Source of the DNA: a bacterium
GTDB taxonomy: Bacteria; Margulisbacteria; Marinamargulisbacteria; GCA-2716485; JAYNIM01
Length of the DNA stretch: 64,000 nucleotides
Direction: 5' to 3'
Assembly (NCBI GenBank): GCA_038109055.1
Contig: JAYNIM010000002.1
Coordinates: 136,002-200,001, forward strand
Position numbers and translations under genes: made by a program. The notes under the pieces are model-generated. The model did no database searches and was not told the origin of the DNA. It worked only from the letters and a program-made list of their open reading frames with translations. The number at the start of each line of letters is the position of its first letter. Position 1 is the first letter of the stretch. This document shows, piece after piece, positions 18,050-29,410 of the stretch.

Positions 18050-20869
18050 TCACTCCAACAACGGTTTTAAAAAATGCCCCGTATGAGAATTTAACATCAA
18101 CGAAATTTCTTTAGGAGACCCTTCTGCAACTATTTCTCCTCCTTGATCGCCCCCTTCCGGCCCTAAATCAATCACATAATCTGAAACTTTCACAACATGC
18201 AAATTATGTTCAACCACAATAACGGTATTGCCTGAATGAACCAACCTCTGTAACACCATTAGAAGATTCTTGATATCTAAAAAATGTAGCCCCGTCGTAG
18301 GTTCATCTAACAAGTACAAAGTTCTACCTGTACTTCGACGAGCCAATTCTTTAGCCAACTTAACACGCTGTGCTTCCCCACCACTCAAGGTCGTAGCACG
18401 CTGTCCCAAATGTATATATCCTAAACCAACTTCTTGCAACACAGTCAAATTTCTATAAATTGATGGAATAGATGAAAAAAATTCTAAGGCTTGGTTCACA
18501 GTCATTAACAAAACATCGGAAATAGTTTTACCCTTATATAACACCTCCAACGTCTCTCTATTATAGCGTGCCCCTTGGCACACATCACAGGTAATATAAA
18601 CATCAGAAAGAAAATGCATCTCAATTTTTTTAACCCCATCTCCCGAGCAGGCCTCACAACGTCCCCCTTTAACATTAAAAGAAAAACGTCCCGATTTATA
18701 GCCTCTAACACGCGCTTCCTTCGTTCTAGCAAACAAGTCACGAATATCAGAAAAAACACCTGTATAAGTAACTGGATTTGATCGAGGCGTACGGCCAATA
18801 GGGCTCTGATCAATAGTAATAACCTTATCTATATACTGCATCCCCTTAATCGACCGAAAATGGCCAGGTCGTTGCTTACTCCCATAAAAATGTCGCATTA
18901 ACACCCGATATAAAATCGTATATATCAAGGTACTTTTCCCTGAACCTGAAACTCCTGTAACAGAAATAAAACACCCCAAAGGAAAAGAAACAGAAATATT
19001 TTTCAAATTATTTTCTGTACACCCCTCAATAGTTAAACATCGTTCCTTATTAATAGGTCGATATGCCTTAGGAAGATCAATTTTATCAAGGCCTCTAACA
19101 AAACGTGCTGTAAGTGATTTATTATCTTTCAAAAACATTGTTTTAGTTCCTGAAAATACAATTTCTCCGCCTTGACATCCTGCAAAAGGGCCAATATCTA
19201 CGACATAATCCGCTTCCTGTATCGTATCTTCATCATGTTCCACCACAATTAACGTGTTACCAAGGTCTTTTAAACGCCTCAAAACCTTTAATAATTTTTG
19301 ATTATCTCGTTGATGCAAGCCAATACTCGGTTCATCCAACACATACAATACCCCACTTAAACCAGATCCAATCTGTGTTGCCAATCGAATCCGTTGAAAC
19401 TCACCACCAGATAACGTTGAAGAACGACGCGACAAAGACAAGTATCCCAAACCCACTTGATCCAAAAACGTCAATCGATCACGAATTTCTTTCAACACTT
19501 GTACCGCTATCTTTAATTCATCTTTATTAAACTCACCATTTTCAAAAAAGCATAATAAATCTTTAATCGTCAACGCACATAATTCAAAAATATTTTTATC
19601 CTTTACCCGCACTGATAATGCAGATGGATTCAAACGTTGTCCCGAACATGCAGCACAGGATTTTGAAGACATGAAAGACCTAAAAAAGAAGCGCATTCCT
19701 TCTGATCGTGTCTGAAATAAACGACGCCTCAAAATGTTAATAACACCTTCCCATTCATACACATCCACATCTTCACACTGCTGTTTTGATTGATATGGAT
19801 TATCTAACAAAGCATCTTCCTGGCCATAAAATAATATATTTTGCTGTATCTCTGTTAAATCCTCGAAAATAGTATCCAAATCAAAATCATAAGAAGCAGC
19901 TGCCCTTTCTAACTGACGTCCATATTGAGAACGATCCAAATTAATCACTTTTGACGTAGAAAAACGTAAAGGTTTATCAACAAACGGAAAAACCAACGCT
20001 GAATCAAAATCCAAATGAGACCCCAACCCATTACAAGAAGAGCACGCCCCCAAGGGAGAATTAAATGAAAACAAACGCGGACTCAACTCAGAAAAACTCA
20101 ATTCACAAGCAGAACACGAAAATTGTTCTGAGAATAAAAAAACGGCGTTAGTCGTCACATTTTCAAAACGCACAGATCCTTTCGACTGACGTAACGCAAC
20201 TTCAACAGACTGAAACAGTCGCGACATATTCTCTTGAATCAACGAAATACGATCAACAATCAAATAAATATCGTGTTTACACTGCTGATCTAAAACAATA
20301 TCATCATCCAAACGAAAAAGCTCTCCGTCTACACGCACCCTCACAAACCCCGACTTACGCAATCGTTCAAAAAGATCCTTAAATGCCCCTTTACGTGAAA
20401 TAACCAAAGGAGCCAAAACCATTACCTGACTATCCACTGGCCAAGAAAAAACACGATCAACCATAGCTTGAACATCCATTTTTTCAATCGGTTGTCCACA
20501 CCCATAACAATACAAACGGCCGATACTAGAAAATAAAAGACGAAAATAATCATATATTTCCGTCACCGTCCCCACCGTAGAACGAGGATTATGTGTTGCA
20601 GATTTTTGATCAATCGAAATAGCAGGTGACAGCCCATCAATAGAATCAACATCCGGCTTATCTAATTGGTTTAAGAATTGCCTCGCAAAAGCAGACAAAG
20701 ATTCAATATACCTTCGTTGCCCTTCAGCAAAAATAGTATCAAAAGCCAAAGACGATTTTCCAGAACCTGATAGGCCAGTAAAAACAATCAATTTATGCTT
20801 AGGTAATGTAAGATTAACATTTTTTAAATTATGAACACGGGCCCCCTTAACAATTAAATAATCACTCAT
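18050..20869 (-). CDS. uvrA: Excinuclease ABC subunit A
   Basis: GARVHNLKN, two Walker A motifs, LSGGE signatures, zinc fingers. Confidence 0.99.
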   Translation of the reverse strand: MSDYLIVKGARVHNLKNVNLTLPKHKLIVFTGLSGSGKSSLAFDTIFAEGQRRYIESLSAFARQFLNQLDKPDVDSIDGLSPAISIDQKSATHNPRSTVGTVTEIYDYFRLLFSSIGRLYCYGCGQPIEKMDVQAMVDRVFSWPVDSQVMVLAPLVISRKGAFKDLFERLRKSGFVRVRVDGELFRLDDDIVLDQQCKHDIYLIVDRISLIQENMSRLFQSVEVALRQSKGSVRFENVTTNAVFLFSEQFSCSACELSFSELSPRLFSFNSPLGACSSCNGLGSHLDFDSALVFPFVDKPLRFSTSKVINLDRSQYGRQLERAAASYDFDLDTIFEDLTEIQQNILFYGQEDALLDNPYQSKQQCEDVDVYEWEGVINILRRRLFQTRSEGMRFFFRSFMSSKSCAACSGQRLNPSALSVRVKDKNIFELCALTIKDLLCFFENGEFNKDELKIAVQVLKEIRDRLTFLDQVGLGYLSLSRRSSTLSGGEFQRIRLATQIGSGLSGVLYVLDEPSIGLHQRDNQKLLKVLRRLKDLGNTLIVVEHDEDTIQEADYVVDIGPFAGCQGGEIVFSGTKTMFLKDNKSLTARFVRGLDKIDLPKAYRPINKERCLTIEGCTENNLKNISVSFPLGCFISVTGVSGSGKSTLIYTILYRVLMRHFYGSKQRPGHFRSIKGMQYIDKVITIDQSPIGRTPRSNPVTYTGVFSDIRDLFARTKEARVRGYKSGRFSFNVKGGRCEACSGDGVKKIEMHFLSDVYITCDVCQGARYNRETLEVLYKGKTISDVLLMTVNQALEFFSSIPSIYRNLTVLQEVGLGYIHLGQRATTLSGGEAQRVKLAKELARRSTGRTLYLLDEPTTGLHFLDIKNLLMVLQRLVHSGNTVIVVEHNLHVVKVSDYVIDLGPEGGDQGGEIVAEGSPKEISLMLNSHTGHFLKPLLE

Positions 20870-20877
20870 AAAAACAC

Positions 20878-21498
20878 CTAAAAAACCTGTGCAAAAAAAT
20901 TAGACAATAATGCCAAACCAACTTCACCACTATTCTCAGGATGAAACTGTGTAGCCAATAAACGCTCTGTCTTAATAGCAGAAACAAAGTCTACCCCATA
21001 GTCACTTTTAGCCGCAATCAACGAAGTATCCGTATCAGGCAAAAAATAAGAATGTACAAAATAAACATATGATCGATGTTGATAGGGCGCCAATAAAGTC
21101 ATTGCTATATCACTCAGCTGTAATACATTCCAACCCATATGTGGCACCGAAAGTTGATCATCAGGAAAACGACAAAAATGCCCTGGGAAAACATTCAACC
21201 CCTTACACCCGCCATGTTCATCGGAAGAAGTAAACAAAATCTGAAACCCCAAACAAACTCCCAAAAATGGCTTCTCCTTAAGAATATGATCTCGAATTAC
21301 ATCTTCCAATTCATGTGTCCTCAAATACTGCATAACCTCCACAAAAGCGCCTTGTCCTGGAACAACCAAACACAGCGATTTCTCAACTTGCTCAGGCGTC
21401 GATACAAGCTGATATGGCAACGAAAGATACGATAAAACATGACAAATACTATGTAGATTCCCCCCACCATAATTTAAAACTGATATCATATGAGACAT
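20878..21498 (-). CDS. hisH: Imidazole glycerol phosphate synthase glutaminase subunit
   Basis: PGQGAF, GVCLGFQ, VPHMGWN, YFVHSY, QFHPE. Confidence 0.96.
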   Translation of the reverse strand: MSHMISVLNYGGGNLHSICHVLSYLSLPYQLVSTPEQVEKSLCLVVPGQGAFVEVMQYLRTHELEDVIRDHILKEKPFLGVCLGFQILFTSSDEHGGCKGLNVFPGHFCRFPDDQLSVPHMGWNVLQLSDIAMTLLAPYQHRSYVYFVHSYFLPDTDTSLIAAKSDYGVDFVSAIKTERLLATQFHPENSGEVGLALLSNFFAQVF

Positions 21499-21540
21499 AA
21501 AAAACTCGACAAAAAGCTAAAAGAACTTTTAAATACATTC

Positions 21541-22182
21541 ATGCAAGTAAAAATAGTATCAGACCCTCAAGATTCTGCCCAGAAAAACATGGCCATAGAC
21601 AAGAAACTTCTAAACGAAACAACTAACATCCCTATTATCCGACTATACTACTGGAAAACCCTAAGTCTCACCCAAGCCTTTAACAAAAAAATCCCCCCAA
21701 ATTTACAACACCTTGATTACAGCCTCCGTCCAACAGGTGGCGGCATGGTCATTCATGCGCCAACCGACATTTTAATTACCTTTATATTACCCACAAACAC
21801 TCCCTACCTACCTAAAAAAACAAAACACACATTAATCCATATCAAAAACATCTTTAAAGAATTTTTAGACAAACGTTCATTACCCACCACCCCCCCTGCT
21901 CATTCCACACAAACAACGATTCACCTTTGCCAAAACTATCCTAGTCCATTCGAACTATATCAAAAACAAAAAAAATGTCTTGCCTTAGCCGCCCGACTAT
22001 TTAGAAAAAATATACTTATCCAAAGTATTCTCCACTGTAGCAACCAACTAAAATACAAAGATCAACTCCCCAATGAATATCACCCCCTCCTTTCACCTGG
22101 TCTACCTCAGGCCACGTGTATTCAGCAACTAAAGTATCATTTAAAAAAACATCTTCCGATCACAGACACCCCACATGTTTAG
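21541..22182 (+). CDS. Lipoate-protein ligase A / octanoyltransferase family protein
   Basis: NMAID..LL, IRLYYW, RPTGGGMVIH; ATG at 21541 avoids overlap with hisH. Confidence 0.8.
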   Translation: MQVKIVSDPQDSAQKNMAIDKKLLNETTNIPIIRLYYWKTLSLTQAFNKKIPPNLQHLDYSLRPTGGGMVIHAPTDILITFILPTNTPYLPKKTKHTLIHIKNIFKEFLDKRSLPTTPPAHSTQTTIHLCQNYPSPFELYQKQKKCLALAARLFRKNILIQSILHCSNQLKYKDQLPNEYHPLLSPGLPQATCIQQLKYHLKKHLPITDTPHV

Positions 22183-22250
22183 CTCCCACCCTCCTTTTAC
22201 AACAAAGAACTCTTAAGCCTAAAGCTAGTATCTGCTACACTTTGATACAA

Positions 22251-23273
22251 ATGAAAACTAAAGAACTAAGTGCGGAGCAATTATTTGAAAAGTTAAAACA
22301 CATTACACTAGGGTCTAAAACCTGTTTATACACACTAGAAAAATGCGCAAAACTAAGCCCACTTATCAACAAAATCAACCAATTAAAATCAGAAAAAAAT
22401 GCCCTTATTCTCGCACATTCCTACCTATCCCCAGAAATCATTTATGGAGTCGCTGATTTCAGTGGAGATTCTTTCGAACTCAGTAAAAAAGCCAAAGAAA
22501 CCGATGCCGACATCATTATCTTTGCTGCAGTCAAGTTTATGGCTGAAACTGCCAAATTATTAAATCCAAACAAACACGTATTTATTCCTAGCCAACACAA
22601 CGGCTGCTCTCTCGCTGATTCTATCAATGCAGAACAAGTCAAGCATCTCAAAAATCAATTCCCAGACCATACCTTTGTTTGCTATATCAACACCACAGCA
22701 GAAGTCAAAGCGTATTGCGATGTATGCGTAACATCAAGCAATGCATTACCAATCATCAAAGCCATTCCAAATAAAAACATTTATTTCTTGCCAGACAAAC
22801 TTATGGCACAAAACATCATTTTACAATGTGAAAACCAAAATATCGACAAAAATATTCGCTACTGGGATGGTACATGCTACGTACACCAAGAGTATGATCC
22901 CGAGCTAAGCAAATATATCAAGCTAAAATACCCTGAATCAAAGTTAGTCGCACATCCAGAATGTGAGCCCAATGTCGCACAACAAGCTGACTTTGTTGGG
23001 AGTACATCCCAGATGATTAACTACGTCAAACAAAGTAACGCCAACCAATATTTTCTGTTAACCGAATGCGGCTTAAGTAGTCGCCTTCAATTAGAAGTCC
23101 CCAATAAAGAATTTATTGGAAGCTGCACCTTATGTCAGTACATGAAAGCAAATACCTTAGAAAATATTTTAGCAACCTTAGAATCCCCTACATCCGCACA
23201 ACGCATTTTATTACCAAAGGCCATTCAAAAAAAAGCGTTATCTTGCATCAATGCAATGTTTAAATATAGCTAA
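22251..23273 (+). CDS. nadA: Quinolinate synthase
   Basis: LAHSY, FMAETAK, GCSLAD, YINT, CYVH, AHPEC, CQYMK; ATG at 22251 preferred. Confidence 0.96.
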   Translation: MKTKELSAEQLFEKLKHITLGSKTCLYTLEKCAKLSPLINKINQLKSEKNALILAHSYLSPEIIYGVADFSGDSFELSKKAKETDADIIIFAAVKFMAETAKLLNPNKHVFIPSQHNGCSLADSINAEQVKHLKNQFPDHTFVCYINTTAEVKAYCDVCVTSSNALPIIKAIPNKNIYFLPDKLMAQNIILQCENQNIDKNIRYWDGTCYVHQEYDPELSKYIKLKYPESKLVAHPECEPNVAQQADFVGSTSQMINYVKQSNANQYFLLTECGLSSRLQLEVPNKEFIGSCTLCQYMKANTLENILATLESPTSAQRILLPKAIQKKALSCINAMFKYS

Positions 23274-23297
23274 AATTACGTACCACAAGAAAGCCCA

Positions 23298-23370
23298 AGC
23301 TCCCGAGCGGGTTTGAACCGCTGACCTCATCCTTACCATGGATGCGCTCTACCGACTGAGCTACAGGAGC
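23298..23370 (-). tRNA. tRNA-Thr(GGT), CCA not encoded
   Basis: GCTCCTGTAGCTCAGTCGGTAGAGCGCATCCATGGTAAGGATGAGGTCAGCGGTTCAAACCCGCTCGGGAGCT folds as a cloverleaf with anticodon GGT. Confidence 0.97.
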
Positions 23371-23483
23371 ATACTGAAAAAATTTAACACAGCCCTGGCA
23401 AAAAAAAAAGTAAAATATTCAAAGAGATCCCAATCTTATATCATCTATAGTGATGCCGATATGATAAAAATACGTTAACAAAA

Positions 23484-24200
23484 TCAATTCAATAAATACT
23501 GTTCCAGCGCCACCAATTGAAACTGAGAAACAAACTCATTCAATAAAAAATCATCATCTCTCCAATCATAAACAACATTAACCAAAACATCCGGATTAAG
23601 TACAATATTTCGCTCAATAAATTGATGTTCATCCGAAACAGACTCTAAACACATATATCGATCTTGAATCTTAATCACTCGCACACCTTCAATATCAGCA
23701 ACGGCACTCTTCTCTTGTATGATAGAAATGTATTCTTGGATAGAAGGATCATTAAAAACCACATTAACATCCAAAAATCGACCATCCTGAGTCTGATATT
23801 GTTTAGAAAAAATAATTCCATATCCGTCACTATACATTACTCCCTGATCAACTTGCTTTTGCTGAACAACAAAAAAATTTTCCGTATCTGAAGGAAAAAA
23901 ACCATCTATGTTTGCCGCATGAACTTGCCTAACCTTCAATAATAAAGCTTGTAACAATGACAGACTCTTATTTAAATTAGATAGTGTTAAAGCCTCTTGA
24001 ACACGAGTCAAATCACTCAAAAAAGGGTTCGACATACCTTCTCCGGAATGTTCCTTCTTATTCAAAGAAATATTTTCGCTAACCCCTGATGTCTCTTCAT
24101 ACCGAACGGTATCTTCTTGAACTAAAGAAAACGCCGATAAATTAAAGTATAAGATCCAAAAAAGAAAAAAAATAAACGGTCTATAAAAAAAGCTACGCAT
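23484..24200 (-). CDS. Hypothetical exported protein
   Basis: Long ORF; signal peptide follows ATG at 24200. Confidence 0.7.
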   Translation of the reverse strand: MRSFFYRPFIFFLFWILYFNLSAFSLVQEDTVRYEETSGVSENISLNKKEHSGEGMSNPFLSDLTRVQEALTLSNLNKSLSLLQALLLKVRQVHAANIDGFFPSDTENFFVVQQKQVDQGVMYSDGYGIIFSKQYQTQDGRFLDVNVVFNDPSIQEYISIIQEKSAVADIEGVRVIKIQDRYMCLESVSDEHQFIERNIVLNPDVLVNVVYDWRDDDFLLNEFVSQFQLVALEQYLLN

Positions 24201-24247
24201 ACATCTAAAATGTAACACCCCCCTTTTAAAAAAACAATAATATAGGA

Positions 24248-24276
24248 TTGACAAACAAAACGATAAACAATAAAGT
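24248..24276 (+). promoter_or_regulatory. Putative sigma70 promoter of rho
   Basis: TTGACA-17 nt-TAAAGT ending 33 nt upstream of the rho ATG. Confidence 0.6.
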
Positions 24277-24309
24277 ATCTGACCATAAATAAGGGTAAAA
24301 AATTTAACT

Positions 24310-25590
24310 ATGGCCTCAAATAAAGAGAATTTAACAATAAAACCTGATGATTCATATCAAATTACAGAATTAACAAATAAAACACAATCTGAATTACTAG
24401 AAGAAGCCTCAAATTTTAATATAGAAAACACCAATCAATTCAAAAAAAAAGACTTAATTTTTGAACTTTTAAAAAAAAAAACATCCTCAAAAGAAAGCAC
24501 ACTAGAAAAAGGAATCATTGACATTCTGCCTGAAGGGTATGGTTTTCTTAGAACAAAAAATTATTTACCTTCATCTGAAGACATCTATATTTCACAAACC
24601 CAAATAAAACGTTTTAAATTATGTGCTGGAGATACCATTTACGGTCTAATTCGGCCCCCAAAAGAAAGTGAAAGATACTATTCTTTGTTAAAAGTAGAAG
24701 CCATAAATTATGCTGCCCCTCAAAACATCGAAAAACGAATATTATTCAATAAACTAACCCCTGTCTATCCTCAAGAAAAATTAAGACTGGAAATCGATCA
24801 AAACATACTTTCTCCACGGATCATAGATCTTTTAGCACCTATAGGCAAAGGGCAACGCTCCATGATCGTATCACCTCCTAAAGCAGGCAAGACGACATTG
24901 CTTAAAGAACTAGCGAACAGCATCAGCAAAAATCACCCAGAAATACACATTAAAGTATTATTAATTGATGAACGCCCTGAAGAAGTCACGGATATGGAAC
25001 GTTCGGTACAAGGAGAAGTCGTTTATTCAACCTTTGATGAACCTCCAGAACAACATATTCGCATTTCCGAACTCTTATTAGAAAGCGCAAAACGATTAGT
25101 TGAAAGCAAGCAAGACGTTGTCATACTACTAGACAGTATAACGCGCTTAGCAAGAGCCTATAATCTAGTTGTGCCACCATCTGGAAGAACCTTAACAGGT
25201 GGGCTAGATCCAAGCTCCTTACATAAACCTAAACGATTTTTCGGAGGTGCAAGAAACATCGAAAATGGTGGAAGCCTAACCATTATCGCTACAGCTCTAG
25301 TAGATACAGGCTCAAGAATGGATGATATCATCTATGAAGAGTTCAAGGGCACTGGAAATATGGAGCTACATTTATTAAGAAAATTAGCCAATAAACGAGT
25401 TTTTCCTGCCATTGACATTTTAAACTCAGGAACAAGAAAAGAAGAACTTCTTATCAACGAAACTGCGTTAAAAAAGATATATTTACTCAGAAAAAATATT
25501 GATAACGAAAACGCAATTGAAGAATTATTAAAACTAATGCAGCAAACAAAATCCAACGAAGATTTCTTAAATTCAGAGATATTTTCATAA
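24310..25590 (+). CDS. rho: Transcription termination factor Rho
   Basis: [45 protein letters not shown]. Confidence 0.99.
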   Translation: MASNKENLTIKPDDSYQITELTNKTQSELLEEASNFNIENTNQFKKKDLIFELLKKKTSSKESTLEKGIIDILPEGYGFLRTKNYLPSSEDIYISQTQIKRFKLCAGDTIYGLIRPPKESERYYSLLKVEAINYAAPQNIEKRILFNKLTPVYPQEKLRLEIDQNILSPRIIDLLAPIGKGQRSMIVSPPKAGKTTLLKELANSISKNHPEIHIKVLLIDERPEEVTDMERSVQGEVVYSTFDEPPEQHIRISELLLESAKRLVESKQDVVILLDSITRLARAYNLVVPPSGRTLTGGLDPSSLHKPKRFFGGARNIENGGSLTIIATALVDTGSRMDDIIYEEFKGTGNMELHLLRKLANKRVFPAIDILNSGTRKEELLINETALKKIYLLRKNIDNENAIEELLKLMQQTKSNEDFLNSEIFS

Positions 25591-25662
25591 CAAAATGTAT
25601 GAAATGTATTGTTTATTTCCACTAATTAATTTACTATATAAATTAAGGAAAAATATAAATGA

Positions 25663-26391
25663 ATGGAGAAAATTATGAATAACCTAGAAATATTCGAAAT
25701 ATATGAATCATTAGCAGGAACATTAACCAAAATGCTGTACCCCATCGTAGAATGTAGTATATTAGATTATTCAGACCCAAATAACACACTATGTCATAAT
25801 ATCTTCAAAAACAAAAAAACAACGTTAAAAGGCAAAGAAAATATCCCCGAAATTTATCAAAAAAACAAAATTCAGGAAAAATTAAAAAGTAATCTTGTAA
25901 ATTTTTGTTATGAAAACAAAAAAGGTAAAAAGTTAAAAACATCTGCTATTGGTATTTATAACAACAATTCATTAATCGGATGTTTTACGATACATATAGA
26001 AATTAGTTTCTTTGAAAATTTTGTTAAATATATAAACCACTTCATCAATACTGAAGAAAATAGCTTTATTATAGAAAATCAACGCTTTGATGCAAGTAAA
26101 ATAGAAAATGACATGTCCTCTGTCATAGAAAACTATATGTTAGAAAATAACTTAATAAACGAAAAAATCAAAAAAACCCACAAAAAAGAAATTATCCAAC
26201 TTCTACTACAAAAAGAATTCCTTTCAAGAAAAGGCGCTATCACTAACATAGCCAATCATCTTTCATTATCTAGACCAACCGTATATAGATATATCAAAGA
26301 AATTTTAAAATCAAACATCCACAAAGAACAAAAATCTAAACTATCTGAAACAATTGTATCTGCATTAGAGCTAGAAAAAATTAATTCCTAA
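25663..26391 (+). CDS. YheO/DauR-like PAS plus HTH regulator
   Basis: L.KMLYP.VEC, GKKLKTSAI, KGAITNIANHLSLSRPTVYRYI. Confidence 0.8.
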   Translation: MEKIMNNLEIFEIYESLAGTLTKMLYPIVECSILDYSDPNNTLCHNIFKNKKTTLKGKENIPEIYQKNKIQEKLKSNLVNFCYENKKGKKLKTSAIGIYNNNSLIGCFTIHIEISFFENFVKYINHFINTEENSFIIENQRFDASKIENDMSSVIENYMLENNLINEKIKKTHKKEIIQLLLQKEFLSRKGAITNIANHLSLSRPTVYRYIKEILKSNIHKEQKSKLSETIVSALELEKINS

Positions 26392-27308
26392 GTAATCTCT
26401 ATATATTCATAAAATTCATCTAAGGGCCTAAAGCCTAAAGATTCATAAAGAGAAATAGCAACCGTATTTGTTTTTGTAACAGCTAAACCAGAAAATTTAA
26501 GCTTCTCCTTAACCATGGTATTTAATGCATGCTGCATCAACATTCGTCCTATCCCTTTACCCAGAAATTCAGGTCGAACAGAAATATCAAAAATCCAAGG
26601 TACGCGCTTTTGTCCCCAACACGCAACATCAACAACAATACAATATCCTAAAATCTCATCCTCTTTACAAATAAAAAAACTAGCTGCTCGATTACAGGGC
26701 CCATAATGTCCATTAAAGGCTAATTTTTCCAATGCATAGCGATTGTTTTTATTATTCATGCCAGGATACATGTAATAATCACGACTAATCTGATGTGATA
26801 AATAGCTCAAATAACTTGATGTTTTCAAATCATTTTCCGTCAAAGGTTTCACAAAATAAGGGAGACTCAAGTCAGAAAAATATTCATCTTTAAACAATTC
26901 TAACGACATACGTTGCCGATGGTTCTGAACCAATCCAAACTGTCGAAACAAAAGTCGATATAAGGGATCATGATCATAACAAATCAATTCTAATAAATAG
27001 TCTTTAAAATACCCTTGCTGATAAACAAATGTCGCCAACTTACGACAATAAACTTTCCTAGAAGAATATAATGAAATCGACCCATAAAAATCAGAAAATT
27101 CCTCATAAAAAGCAAATGCTACAGGTCTAGAGGCATCATACATCAATACACACACTGTTTTTTTACTTGAATCCAAAATTTTTTTCTGAAACGAATCTAA
27201 AAAATCAAATGTTTCCTTATACCGTTTCTCATATTGCTTTTGAAACAATAATGCTAAATAACGAAAGTCATCTGTAAACTCGGAAACAATATCATAAGAA
27301 ATTTGCAT
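26388..27308 (-). CDS. GNAT N-acetyltransferase (tandem-domain type)
   Basis: ISVRPEFLGKGIGR motif A; N..AISLYESLGF. Confidence 0.85.
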   Translation of the reverse strand: MQISYDIVSEFTDDFRYLALLFQKQYEKRYKETFDFLDSFQKKILDSSKKTVCVLMYDASRPVAFAFYEEFSDFYGSISLYSSRKVYCRKLATFVYQQGYFKDYLLELICYDHDPLYRLLFRQFGLVQNHRQRMSLELFKDEYFSDLSLPYFVKPLTENDLKTSSYLSYLSHQISRDYYMYPGMNNKNNRYALEKLAFNGHYGPCNRAASFFICKEDEILGYCIVVDVACWGQKRVPWIFDISVRPEFLGKGIGRMLMQHALNTMVKEKLKFSGLAVTKTNTVAISLYESLGFRPLDEFYEYIEIT

Positions 27309-27351
27309 ACTTAACCTCTGTATTAATATATATACCTATTTTAAAAAAAAG

Positions 27352-28422
27352 TTAAACAAGTCTTTGATGTATCTTAGGAATAACAAAAGGATCAAAAATT
27401 AACGCTGTTGCAATACCAAATAATACCGCTCCCTCATCTCGCAAACGACTAACATGATCACAACTAGAAATACCCCCTGTAGCCATAATAGGAATACCAA
27501 AGGGATTCAACAAGCCTGTCATCTCTAAAGTTCTATTAAAAAGAAGCGCTCCACTAAGCCCTCCATGACCAACTGACATAGAATCAGGCTCAAGATGCAA
27601 AGAGTCAAGCGTTTTAAAGCGTGTATTTCCACAATTAATAAAAACCTTATCAAAAGTACGAAGGACGTCCATTAACTGACAAAGATAATCATTATCAAAA
27701 TCTGGCGAAACTTTAACTCCTACAACAGCCTGGGTTTTTGAACGAATATACCTTAATAAATGTTGAATATGATCCAACTTATGAACAACCGTTATCCCAG
27801 ACGCCATATTAGGACAACTTAAATTCAACTCATAGTAATAAGGGAAATCCACTTTAGACAAAGCGATAAAAAAACGATCAAACAATTGCTGATAAGTACG
27901 TACATCATGCCCCCATAAACTAAAGCCTAATGGACGCCTGTAACGATGAATGGATAACTGAGGCAATTCTTCCAAAAATTGGTCAACCCCCTTACCAGGT
28001 AACCCCATAGCATTCAAAAAACAACCGCGTCTCGCTCCAGTCAATTCTACTATACGTGGTCGTTTATTACCTTCTGAGGAATCTAACAAAATAGTTTTAA
28101 AGCATCCCCCACCTGCTCCCAATGCCATCCAGATATCCAAGGTATCTACATGAGACTTAAAGGACGAAAATGTTAAGGGCGAGGGAAAATACAAGTCATA
28201 CAAACAGACCCCTAAAGTATCAGGAATATCAAAAGAAAACACAGTATCACAAAGCATAGAACGCCTACACACTTCTGTTATCTTATCTCCACAATCAATC
28301 GCTAACTCCAAATCTTTAAGCCGCCCTCTACACTGCTGAAAAAAATAACAACTATAAACAACAATCAATCGAATAAACTTATATAAGAATGAAAAAACCA
28401 CAATTCTCAAATAATTTTTCAC
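27352..28422 (-). CDS. pyrD: Dihydroorotate dehydrogenase (divergent)
   Basis: GNKRPRI, NAMGLPGKG, ELNLSCPN, VKVSPD, GGLSG, ATGGI. Confidence 0.88.
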   Translation of the reverse strand: MKNYLRIVVFSFLYKFIRLIVVYSCYFFQQCRGRLKDLELAIDCGDKITEVCRRSMLCDTVFSFDIPDTLGVCLYDLYFPSPLTFSSFKSHVDTLDIWMALGAGGGCFKTILLDSSEGNKRPRIVELTGARRGCFLNAMGLPGKGVDQFLEELPQLSIHRYRRPLGFSLWGHDVRTYQQLFDRFFIALSKVDFPYYYELNLSCPNMASGITVVHKLDHIQHLLRYIRSKTQAVVGVKVSPDFDNDYLCQLMDVLRTFDKVFINCGNTRFKTLDSLHLEPDSMSVGHGGLSGALLFNRTLEMTGLLNPFGIPIMATGGISSCDHVSRLRDEGAVLFGIATALIFDPFVIPKIHQRLV

Positions 28423-28599
28423 AACAAATTAAGTGTAAAGAAAAATAATCACTTTGCACAGAGTCCACAAACAAGTAAAATAATAAATATTATATCCATT
28501 GCAAAAAAATAATCCTTTGCTAGACTAAAATTATACATATAACATATTGTTAATATGGCATTAATAGACTAAACTTAATAAAATAATCGAGGTGTATAA

Positions 28600-28935
28600 A
28601 TGATTGGATTTTCTTTAGAAATAGAAGAAAAAGAAAAAGAAACAACAGTAAATCTTAAAGGTGAAATAGATTTATATAGCTGCGAACAATTAGACAAAAC
28701 CTTAACAAAATTAGTCAAAGAAAATAAAAATAAAATCATCCTAAACATGCAAGACATTCAATACATAGATAGCACAGGTCTAGGCACTATTGCCAAAAAC
28801 GCAAAAGAACTTGAAACAAAACAAGAAAAACTATACCTTTACAGCTGTCAACCTCGGGTCCAAAAAATGTTCGAAATTTCAGGCTTAAATAAAAAAAATA
28901 TTACTCTAATATCATCAGAAAATGAAATCGAATAA
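28600..28935 (+). CDS. STAS anti-anti-sigma factor (RsbV/SpoIIAA-like)
   Basis: GEIDLY, YIDSTGLG phospho-Ser motif; GAGGTG RBS. Confidence 0.92.
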   Translation: MIGFSLEIEEKEKETTVNLKGEIDLYSCEQLDKTLTKLVKENKNKIILNMQDIQYIDSTGLGTIAKNAKELETKQEKLYLYSCQPRVQKMFEISGLNKKNITLISSENEIE

Positions 28936-29401
28936 CACATCCATTAAAGAAGATATTATGCAAAACGCAAGCAACACATTACTATGCACAAGTATAGATA
29001 TTCCAAGCACAGCCGAATACGTTGCTGTCATTCGACTAACAGTAGCGGGGATTGCCAGTAAACTAAACTTTGATATAGAAAGTATCGAAGATATAAAAAT
29101 AGCCGTTTCTGAAGCTTGCAATAATGTGATTCAACACGCTTATACACAAAAAAACATTAATACATCCCGAATAAAATTAGAAATAGAAACGGAAAATAAC
29201 GAATTTCGCATACAAATCAAAGACAAGGGAATAGGCTTTAATCCCAATAAAATTAAATCCTCCAACGCTGAAAATGATGAAAAACTTGGCTTAGGTCTAG
29301 GTATTGCATTTATGAAAAGCTTAATGGACGAGGCATCTATAGAATCAAGTCCTGGCAATGGAACAACCATAACATTACTTAAAAAAGTACCTCAACAATA
29401 A
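28922..29401 (+). CDS. Anti-sigma factor Ser kinase (RsbW-like)
   Basis: EDIKIAVSEACNNVIQHAY, DKGIGF, GLGLGIAFMKSLMD. Confidence 0.92.
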   Translation: MKSNNTSIKEDIMQNASNTLLCTSIDIPSTAEYVAVIRLTVAGIASKLNFDIESIEDIKIAVSEACNNVIQHAYTQKNINTSRIKLEIETENNEFRIQIKDKGIGFNPNKIKSSNAENDEKLGLGLGIAFMKSLMDEASIESSPGNGTTITLLKKVPQQ

Positions 29402-29410
29402 GATATTAAT

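Noticed and set aside
23298..24254. Island integrated at tRNA-Thr
   Set aside because: No integrase or duplicated tRNA end; the tRNA 3' side abuts nadA directly.
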